Assembly (NCBI GenBank): GCA_001803045.1
Contig: MHAR01000090.1
Location: 3,498-67,497, forward strand
Direction: 5' to 3'
DNA length: 64,000 nucleotides
DNA from: Ignavibacteria bacterium RIFOXYB12_FULL_35_14
Lineage (GTDB): Bacteria > Bacteroidota > Ignavibacteria > Ignavibacteriales > Ignavibacteriaceae
The translations under genes were made by a program, and so were the position numbers. Each line of letters opens with the position of its first letter. Positions within the stretch are counted from its first letter, which is position 1. The notes under the pieces were generated by a model that saw only the letters and a list, made by a program, of their open reading frames with translations, was not told the DNA's origin and did no database searches. Shown in pieces: positions 56,304 through 64,000 of the stretch.

Positions 56304-56439
56304 ATGAGGTCTTTTATTAAGGTGGTCTTCGGACCGCTTTTTATTTTATCCCTGTTGTCATGATGCGGAGTATCATGACAACCTTATTACGTTAATCTAT
56401 TCTATGTTAAGATTTTTCTTTTTGTAAACCGATTCTGTT

Positions 56440-56771
56440 ATTGTTTCCGGCGTGAGTTCTGATATGTTTTATTATTCGTTGAGAGCCCAACCAATTCTTT
56501 CTTAAAATTTACGTAATTGAAATGTGTTATAGTTGTAAGGAGGTTGACCAGCAGGCCAATATGGATGAGGTGACACATCATCCTTGAACCGAATAAAAAC
56601 AACAAGTACTTTAAATTCACCTTGTGCAGTTAGATAAATACCACCTTCGTAAGTTAAATCAATTGACTCACCGGCTGGTCGTGTAATACTTCAATCTTTA
56701 TCTATTTGTGCAAATATATATCGTGAAGTTAAGATGAAGATAAAAACAAAAAATGTTAATAACTTTTTCAT
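56440..56771 (-). pseudogene. decayed 5' remnant of a secreted protein gene
   Basis: The ATG at 56771 gives MKKLLTFFVFIFILTSRYIFAQIDKD, then an in-frame TGA (56691-56693). The same frame continues SITRPAGESIDLTYEGGIYLTAQGEFKVLVVFIRFKDD...WPAG, then a stop and a frame change into the 60-aa track ORF. Confidence 0.4.
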
Positions 56772-56792
56772 GATAATTTCCTTTTAAAGTTT

Positions 56793-57677
56793 TTATTTTA
56801 TTAAAATCATTGAGTGGGTTACTTTTACCGAACCGTTTATAAGCCGGTAATAATAAACCCCGCTTAAAACAGGTTGATTTGAATTGTTATTACCATCCCA
56901 GACAATTTTATGTGAACCATAATTAAACCATTCATTATCAATCACTCTCTTTATTTCATTACCCATCACATCATAAATAATAAGTGAAATGCTTTCTGAG
57001 CTTTTAAGTTTAAAACTTATTGTTGTTGATGAATTAAATGGATTAGGGTAGTTTTGATGTAAAACGAATTCAGTTGGCAGTTTTTCTTCATCGCTAATAC
57101 CAACAGTTGTGGTATCACCGTAAACTACTCCCTCTATTACACAACCCTTGAGAATATCCTCGGCTTGCTCGTATAATCCGTTAAGCATGCCGAATTCTTC
57201 AGTCCAGTATTCCCGGCTACCAACTACACCACTATCAGTACGGTCAACTACAAAAATTAATGTACTTATATTGAACACTTGTGCAGAAAAAGTATCAATT
57301 ATAGTACTATATAAGGTTGCCCCCTCTAATGCTAAATTCTGTTCCCATTCATCTCCTATTTTTGGATTTATTTTAAAGTACTTATATAGCGAATCCGGCA
57401 TTGATTCATCATACCTTGCATAAAATTCATTATTCAATAAGGTCATATAAGTCACATCATTATAAGGTGTATTAAAAATTAAAAAAAATTGAATGTCGTT
57501 TATTATTTTCATTGTGTCCGTGACTTCATACTTTTTTATATCTCTCTGAAATAGGATTTTTGAATAGTAAATCCACTTGTTACCGGGTTTAAGGGGTGCA
57601 ACAGCAGTTACAACCTGCGCGGATATATGTGTCTGGGCTAATATTATTATTAGAATTATTAATATTGATTCTTTCAT
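56793..57677 (-). CDS. T9SS C-terminal sorting domain protein, unknown N-terminal domain
   Basis: Signal peptide, plus a CTD LHQNYPNPFNSSTTISF...IYDVMGNEI...SGVYYYRL...MILIK. Confidence 0.7.
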   Translation of the reverse strand: MKESILIILIIILAQTHISAQVVTAVAPLKPGNKWIYYSKILFQRDIKKYEVTDTMKIINDIQFFLIFNTPYNDVTYMTLLNNEFYARYDESMPDSLYKYFKINPKIGDEWEQNLALEGATLYSTIIDTFSAQVFNISTLIFVVDRTDSGVVGSREYWTEEFGMLNGLYEQAEDILKGCVIEGVVYGDTTTVGISDEEKLPTEFVLHQNYPNPFNSSTTISFKLKSSESISLIIYDVMGNEIKRVIDNEWFNYGSHKIVWDGNNNSNQPVLSGVYYYRLINGSVKVTHSMILIK

Positions 57678-58440
57678 TTTACAATTCCTTGGTTTAAATA
57701 ATAATTATTGTTCTTCTTATGCTACGTAAACCCACTAGGAAAGTAATAAAAATTAATTATTTCTGTTGCAAATTGTGAGTTATTCTTTAAACTCACAATT
57801 GATGAAATTATAGCTACAATGGTGCATTTAAAGAGGATAATATACATTCTATTAATCCCTTTTTACTAAAATCTAGTTCCCAGTCAAACTCCTAGATTGT
57901 GACAGGCTGCAGTTGTAAGAGACGTGTTACGATAATTACAATTCATGATATTATTATTAAAATTCGACTCTATATTTTATTTACACCATACGCTATACCT
58001 TAAATAATTTTTACATCCGCTACAACTCTGCAAGAATACACTATGTACACCTTATTGGTAACCACTAAACAAAAGGAATAATCACGATAGATGCGTTAAT
58101 TATCCAGTCATTCAGCGTAACCTGTCAAAGAAAATTTCGTTGTTTCTATAACAAAAAATCAGTCCATGAACAAGATTGTTTATGCAACTATTGGTACTGT
58201 AAGTGAAATGTTTAGTGGTCAACTTCTGATACTTAAAGAATCTGGTACAGAGTTAGAGTAGATTGGATAGAACAAGTATGATAATTGGAATCAATGCAGT
58301 AGGAGGCATAGATGACGAATTACTAACAATTTTTATCAGGTCCGTTAGAAAATGGTTGAATAATTTAGATCTGACAACCTACTCTTAAAGCATTAAATGT
58401 ATTAAAAAAACCATACAATCATATTCTTTAAAGGTCCAAA

Positions 58441-60105
58441 TTATAATCCGTAATGAATCAAGAACGAGTATTCCCTTATCTGTTCATTCATAAATAAACC
58501 GTCCTTTTGCTCATTAGATATATTGGTTAATTTAAAACTGGTTTCAAAGCTTAATTCATGTATTAATTCATATTTCAAATCCAAACCAAAATAATTATAG
58601 TTATTCCGTAAGCCAAATAAAAAGTCGGGTTCAGGTTGGGTGTATTGTCTGCTATAACTCTGACTCCCTTGCCTGATGTAAGCTCCCCAAAGATTTGCTT
58701 CTAATCCTCTTAAGAATCTATAATTTAAATCTAAATAGATGAGGTCAGAATTATGACCCATCCAATGCCCCATCAAGTAATCTGAATTCCTATAAGTCTG
58801 TGCAGGGTCATGATGCCCATATACAAAAGGGTAGAGCTTTGTGTACTCACCATTCAAAGTTAAATTATCAATTGGTATATCAGTGACAGATAGTCCTAAA
58901 GTGAATCCAAGCTGTGTTCTCTGCCTTCTTGTGGTAGCGCCTCCGTAAGTTGGGTTAATAGCTAAAGAGGCGTTTAATCCTCCAATCGTCAACTCATCTA
59001 TAAAAAGAGTTCCATAAAAATGTGTATTTATTAAATGATCTTTTGAACTTATGGAAAGAAATATCTGCTGATTTGCATCTCCCGGTTTATTTTCTCTATT
59101 GCTGATATATTCATCTGCCAGATAATAAACCATGACAGGCATTAAATATAGAAATTCAATCTTGTCGCTGTATACGACGGACTCACCGATAGAAATATCC
59201 AGCCCTTTTAATGGTGTAACGGTGAGAGACTGCCAAGCCATATATTTATCCCTAAAGATATCTCTCTTATATTCGATAAGTTTAGCTGAGTCAATCACAG
59301 TTGACGAAAGCCATGCATGAAAATAAGTAAACTTAAACCAATCAACTGGTTTTAAGTCAATACGTATATAGGGAAAAGATGGAGCTTTATTTGAAAGAAC
59401 GAGGTTTCCGAATTTTGCATAACCGTATTCGATGTAATCTTTTGCAATTACTACATTTCCCCATCCCCAATCAGCAGATATGGAAGATGTAACTTCAGTA
59501 TAGGAAATATCTCTTCCATAATCACTAACCTCAGGAATAATCCCGGTTTCAGGTGTAAATTCCTTTTTGATATCTAATTTATTTCCTTTTTCATTATTAG
59601 TTTGGAAATGAAGACTTATCCCAATATTATTTAGAAGATAACCATAAGTGGAGATTCCCATCCATGTATGCAATATTCTTTCTTTTTCAGGATATTTTAG
59701 CTTAAAGCCCAAAATAGGGTTAGCATTGAGCTTAAATGTTTTATCACTGTAGGAAAAAAAACGAAAACGTTCGGCTTCATCACCTTCAAAATAGCTTAAA
59801 TATTTCTTATCTATATTTTTTTCAGCAAATCCTTCAATCTCTAAAAAATAATCCTTCTCAAAAAATTCAAGCTCTTCTTTCTCAAGGTCAGTAAGCATTT
59901 CAACTTTACTTTTTGCTTCTAATAACTTATCAGCTATATATTTTTTTGATAGGGGTTTAATCAAATCATTTAGCTCTATTATTCCTCTATGGCTTAATCT
60001 TTCCATGAATGGGTAAACGGTTTTATATAAGGGTTCGTAAACAATTTGAGCCGCTGTACTTGAAATGAAGAATAAAAATAAAAGAAGTAAAATTATTGTT
60101 TTCAT
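58441..60105 (-). CDS. outer-membrane beta-barrel protein, Wzi-like (capsule assembly) candidate
   Basis: Signal peptide, an N-terminal helical part (VYPFMERLSHRGII) as in Wzi-family proteins, then alternating aromatic beta-strand-like sequence ending in ...FLIHYGL. Confidence 0.4.
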   Translation of the reverse strand: MKTIILLLLFLFFISSTAAQIVYEPLYKTVYPFMERLSHRGIIELNDLIKPLSKKYIADKLLEAKSKVEMLTDLEKEELEFFEKDYFLEIEGFAEKNIDKKYLSYFEGDEAERFRFFSYSDKTFKLNANPILGFKLKYPEKERILHTWMGISTYGYLLNNIGISLHFQTNNEKGNKLDIKKEFTPETGIIPEVSDYGRDISYTEVTSSISADWGWGNVVIAKDYIEYGYAKFGNLVLSNKAPSFPYIRIDLKPVDWFKFTYFHAWLSSTVIDSAKLIEYKRDIFRDKYMAWQSLTVTPLKGLDISIGESVVYSDKIEFLYLMPVMVYYLADEYISNRENKPGDANQQIFLSISSKDHLINTHFYGTLFIDELTIGGLNASLAINPTYGGATTRRQRTQLGFTLGLSVTDIPIDNLTLNGEYTKLYPFVYGHHDPAQTYRNSDYLMGHWMGHNSDLIYLDLNYRFLRGLEANLWGAYIRQGSQSYSRQYTQPEPDFLFGLRNNYNYFGLDLKYELIHELSFETSFKLTNISNEQKDGLFMNEQIREYSFLIHYGL

Positions 60106-60203
60106 AAATTCACTTATTAGATTTTAGTAACACACTTTACGTAAAAGTGTTTGTTTAAACTGCCCATTCAGTATCTTGCATAACATGACTAAATAAAATT
60201 TAC

Positions 60204-60980
60204 TCAAGCTTTATTTCTATAAATTTGTGTTGATGATGCTTGGCAAATCGGTGTCAAAACGATCTCATTTATATTTACATTTTTCGGACGATTGGCACTG
60301 AAGAGCACTGCCTCTGCAACATCTTTAGGAGATAACGGAGTAACACCCTCATAAACTTCATTTGAGCGATTCTCATCACCCGAAAATCTTACTTTAGCAA
60401 ATTCGGTTAATACCATTCCAGGATCGACTGAAGTAACCTTAATATTTTTATCAAGAACATCCACGCGTATACTTTGAGTTAGAGCTTTGACCGCAAATTT
60501 GGTTGCGCAGTAAACATTCCCCATCACATTTACTTCATGTCCGGCGGTGGAACCAATATTTATTACATGCCCGCGTTTTCTTTCTACCATTTGCGAAAGG
60601 ATAGCTCGTGTTACATACAATAGCCCTTTCACATTTGTATCAATCATTTCTTCCCAGTGCGTGATATCGGCTTCGTGGACTTTACTAAATCCGCGGGCAA
60701 GGCCTGCATTATTAATCAGTATATCGATTTGTTTCCATTGTGTTGGTAATGAACCAATAACTTTTTTAACGTCATGTGATTTTCTTACATCAAGCTGTAG
60801 GATGAGTACTTTTACTTTGTATTTTTTTATAAGGGTTTTTCTCAATTCATTTAGTCTATCAATTCGGCGGGCACATAAAATCAAATTTGTGCCTTTACTT
60901 GCAAATATTTCTGCACAAGCTTTACCAATTCCCGAAGAAGCGCCTGTTATAAAAACTATTTTATTCTTAAGACTCGCCAT
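60204..60980 (-). CDS. SDR family NAD(P)-dependent oxidoreductase
   Basis: TGASSGIG cofactor motif, NNAG, catalytic YCATK. Confidence 0.85.
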   Translation of the reverse strand: MASLKNKIVFITGASSGIGKACAEIFASKGTNLILCARRIDRLNELRKTLIKKYKVKVLILQLDVRKSHDVKKVIGSLPTQWKQIDILINNAGLARGFSKVHEADITHWEEMIDTNVKGLLYVTRAILSQMVERKRGHVINIGSTAGHEVNVMGNVYCATKFAVKALTQSIRVDVLDKNIKVTSVDPGMVLTEFAKVRFSGDENRSNEVYEGVTPLSPKDVAEAVLFSANRPKNVNINEIVLTPICQASSTQIYRNKA

Positions 60981-61512
60981 TAATTAATTCTTAAATAATG
61001 TGGATAATATTTTAGCTGATTTACTGGTATTACAAACAAAATAAAGTTAAAAAGAGATGACATCTTTATTCTTTATAAAAGATATCATCTCTCCGTTTTG
61101 CATAAGGTGTGTAAATTGAACCCTAGTTAAAATTAACCATTGTTGAAAAGCCCTCTTTTAATCATATCTGTCCAAAATAAATTGAACTCACTCTAGTCTC
61201 TCTCTTAAAAAGAGAGAGACTTATTGTCAATAAAACGACATATGACTATGTTATGACAGAATATTAACATTAAGACATAAGATTTAATCAGCCCTTCTCT
61301 TACAAAGAGAAGGGTTGGGATGAGTTCCATTATTGTCTAAAAACATTAGAATATTTTAATTATTCTAAATAATTTTTTATTTGCAAATTTATTTTGGACA
61401 CCACTGCTTTTAACAATCAATTCATAAAGCTATGATTTTTCTCATCCCCGAAGGGCTGGCAAACCAAACCCCGTTGGGTATGAAAATGTTCAATAATCAG
61501 ATCAGGGTAAAA

Positions 61513-63090
61513 TTACTTAATTCGCTTGAATTCTATTCTTCTGTTTAACCTCTTGTTTTCAGATGTATCATTTGCAACTCTTGGACTCTCTTCACCATGA
61601 CCAACAGCAGATATTCTACCAGCAGAGATTCCTTTTGTAACAAGCCATGCTTTAACAGCTTCAGCTCTGCGCTGTGAAAGTTTCTGATTTGAAATATTGC
61701 TGCCAACATTATCAGTATGACCACTTATTTCAACTTCGATGTCAGAGTGTGTCTGTAATGTCTTAAGAGCGCCCATTAGAACCTTTTCCGATTCAGGAGT
61801 GATATCAGATTTATTGGTTTCAAAAGTAATACCTTCAAGAACAATAAGAACGCCTATCTTTACCACATCATCTGTAGGATCAAGCGGATCTGTTCCACGT
61901 CTGATTTCAGTGCCGTCTTCAACTGTACCGCCATCGGTATCTTTCTTAAGTGGATCTGTCTTAAAGTTATTAACTTCTTCGCCGTCTTTCAATCCGTCAT
62001 AATCAGTATCAGCCATCAATGGATCAGTCTTATATTCATTTACTTCTTGACCATCATTCAATCCATCGCCATCAGTATCAGCTTTTAACGGATCGGTTTT
62101 GTATTTGTTAATTTCATCTCCATCATTTAATCCATCTTTATCCGTATCGGTTTCTAACGGATTTGTTTTATACTTAAAAATTTCTTCACCATCCTTTAGC
62201 TCATCACTATCGCTATCAGAAACCAATACATTTGTTTTAGTTTCCATAACCTCATCATAATCGCTCAATCCGTCAAGATCGGTATCTATCTCTAATGGAT
62301 TAGAATTAAATTGGAGAACCTCTTCCCCATCATTTAATCCATCGCCGTCTGTATCAGGATTATTTGGATCTGTTCCGATTTTTTCTTCGTCACATTTTCC
62401 AAGTCCATCCATATCTTTGTCAGCTTCGCAGTTTTCACCAGTAAAGGTTAAACCCAATGATGCATTAACATATGAATCCCATGTACTGTTTGAACGAGCT
62501 TTGAAGGCATCTAAATCATAACTAGAAGAAAGTGCACCTCCTAAACCAAAATCTAGAAGTACTCTGTCAGAAAGTGCAAATTCTGCACCGATACCGGCAG
62601 GAATGATTGCAACCCAGCCATTATCTTGAGGCGGATTTTTTGAAACAATATTTGGTTTAGTATCAACATTAAAATTCATAACGCCACCGCCAAAGTAGAA
62701 GTAAGGATTCCATCCTTTAATTTCAAAAGGGCTGACTCTGAATCTTAAATAAATCGGAATGATTGTAGTTTCATATTCTCCATAGCTTATAACATTTGTG
62801 CTACCACCATATGCCTTACCAGCATATTTACCGTAACCACCATTTATTGCCATTTCTAATGCTTTTGTCAATTCATAAGCAAAGAAAGCTTCACCAAGCC
62901 AAGAAGCTTTGAACCAATCAAAGCTAGTGTTATCGCTTCCACTGAATCCTAAATTAGCAAAGTCATTTTCTGGAAATAAAATACTTCCACGAAAACCGAA
63001 TTTGGTTCCCCAATCTTTAAATTGAGCATAGTTTAGTTGACATATTACAACTAAACCAACGAGAACTAGAAAGAAGACTGTCTTTTTCAT
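61513..63090 (-). CDS. OmpA-family outer-membrane protein with thrombospondin type-3 (TSP3) Ca-binding repeats
   Basis: Signal peptide and N-terminal beta-barrel, about 7 repeats of DTDxDGLxDGEE, and a C-terminal OmpA domain (GHTDNVGS...NQKLSQRRAEAV...NRRIEF). Confidence 0.85.
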   Translation of the reverse strand: MKKTVFFLVLVGLVVICQLNYAQFKDWGTKFGFRGSILFPENDFANLGFSGSDNTSFDWFKASWLGEAFFAYELTKALEMAINGGYGKYAGKAYGGSTNVISYGEYETTIIPIYLRFRVSPFEIKGWNPYFYFGGGVMNFNVDTKPNIVSKNPPQDNGWVAIIPAGIGAEFALSDRVLLDFGLGGALSSSYDLDAFKARSNSTWDSYVNASLGLTFTGENCEADKDMDGLGKCDEEKIGTDPNNPDTDGDGLNDGEEVLQFNSNPLEIDTDLDGLSDYDEVMETKTNVLVSDSDSDELKDGEEIFKYKTNPLETDTDKDGLNDGDEINKYKTDPLKADTDGDGLNDGQEVNEYKTDPLMADTDYDGLKDGEEVNNFKTDPLKKDTDGGTVEDGTEIRRGTDPLDPTDDVVKIGVLIVLEGITFETNKSDITPESEKVLMGALKTLQTHSDIEVEISGHTDNVGSNISNQKLSQRRAEAVKAWLVTKGISAGRISAVGHGEESPRVANDTSENKRLNRRIEFKRIK

Positions 63091-63362
63091 TTTTCACTCC
63101 TTTTGTTAATGAAATAGTGTACAAGATATTTCGCACTATAACGTGCTTATTTCAAAATATATTTTTTTCATTTTTATAGTTAGTTACCTTGTAATGGTCA
63201 TGCTGTAATGACCTGCCCCATGTAAATAAGCGTCAACTTAATTGTTTGATTCCTCAAGATTACAACTTTATCTCAAAAGCAAAAAGACATAATTAGGAAA
63301 TTATTTTAACTTTTATTCGATCTTAACTAATTTTTCTTTAATGCATTTGATTCGTCTATATC

Positions 63363-63495
63363 ATCCCTAAAGGGATTCTAACTATACCGTTTTACTTTGT
63401 GCTAGAAATATTTAATCCCTAACGGGATAGTCCCGGAGGGATGACATATTTATAGATAAATGAACAAAAAAAGCAAACAAAATCCCGTAAGGGAT
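63363..63495. repeat. cluster of four short ATCCC-loop-GGGAT hairpins
   Basis: atcccTAAAgggat (63363-63376), atcccTAACgggat (63415-63428), tcccGGAggga (63431-63441) and atcccGTAAgggat (63482-63495). Confidence 0.6.
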
Positions 63496-63754
63496 GATAT
63501 ATAGTGACCCTTATTTTGTTAGATAAATCAGATAAATTGTACTAATTCTAAGAAAAAATGGATGTTGGGTTGACGCCTATGTGCCCCACATGGTTGTACC
63601 GATGCATAAATTGAATGTAAATTGACAGAGATATCCAGTTTACAAACCGACGGGTCATTTATAGATGATAAGATAAAGGAATTTTTATTCTCAATTTATT
63701 ATGGATTGTAGTGATAACCTATAATGTTAAAATAATTCAGAGCTGATTAAAAAA

Positions 63755-63859
63755 ATGAGTAAACAAGAAACCATAATTATGATAGCAAAAAAACTGCTCA
63801 ACAGGATAAGGTTTGTTTGGAAAAATAATACGAGATACTGTTTTGCTTTAGTGGCTTAA
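63755..63859 (+). pseudogene. possible C-terminal remnant of an IS110-family transposase
   Basis: The 34-aa ORF MSKQETIIMIAKKLLNRIRFVWKNNTRYCFALVA resembles the conserved IS110 C-terminus (...A.vA.ARKLL..i.a.lk....y). No upstream catalytic part is visible. Confidence 0.3.
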
Positions 63860-64000
63860 TAGAAGAAGACCTATAAATGAATAAATAATTTATGTTGACC
63901 GTTGCCCACTACCTTTAAAGATTTAATTGTTTTTTGCTCTGTAAAGAATACGGCAATACTTAAAAAATATTTGTGAGATCTTGCAGCACGTCAAAAACCG

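Noticed and set aside
56691-56693. The in-frame TGA as evidence of stop-codon reassignment (TGA coding for Gly or Trp).
   Set aside because: TGA terminates many well-supported genes in this window (for example 3360-3362, 4404-4406 and 9952-9954), and the remnant also has a frameshift. It is a pseudogene, not recoding.
53848-57677. A genomic island integrated at the tRNA-Lys gene.
   Set aside because: There is no integrase, no phage or conjugation genes, and I could find no direct repeat of the tRNA 3' end downstream. The T9SS cargo genes are likely ordinary chromosomal content.

Overview
This is an AT-rich (about one-third GC by eye, not computed), gene-dense bacterial chromosomal segment with about 55 supportable CDSs, one tRNA and several intergenic repeat families. 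T9SS (Por) C-terminal sorting domains, a TSP3-repeat OmpA protein and the overall gene content suggest an FCB-group organism (Ignavibacteria/Bacteroidota-like); that placement is inference only. From 0 to 35 kb the genes are mostly housekeeping or stress-related: zinc-ribbon/LemA/M48 protease, two DMT transporters, dCMP deaminase, glgA, aspS, a pyrimidine-nucleoside phosphorylase/ferritin-like/SPFH operon and a YceI-MarR-dioxygenase-esterase operon. A solitary MmeI-family single-chain restriction-modification enzyme and a small block of uncharacterised genes (24.5-28.4 kb) interrupt them. The most interesting part is 33.5-53.7 kb, a self-contained type IV filament (T4P-like) locus. It has three pilin-like genes whose products begin MGQQQLLL with no room for a prepilin leader, and an ~860-bp tandem duplication that left decayed gene fragments. 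The machinery is PilC, PilB, PilT, a PilM-PilN fusion, a possible PilO-PilP fusion and a short secretin. A multi-receiver phosphorelay is translationally coupled to it, followed by a convergent hybrid kinase plus sigma-54 activator, and a GT-C glycosyltransferase lies divergently upstream. From 54 to 64 kb there are T9SS cargo proteins (including a paralog pair with a conserved CxCH motif), a Wzi-like outer-membrane protein, an SDR, the OmpA/TSP3 protein, a decayed pseudogene and a possible IS110 remnant. Intergenic regions carry two MITE-like or structured repeat families and many short GC-rich hairpins. All functional calls rest on motif and family recognition by eye, with no searches run. 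Small-motif coordinates are hand-counted and may be off by 1-2 nt.
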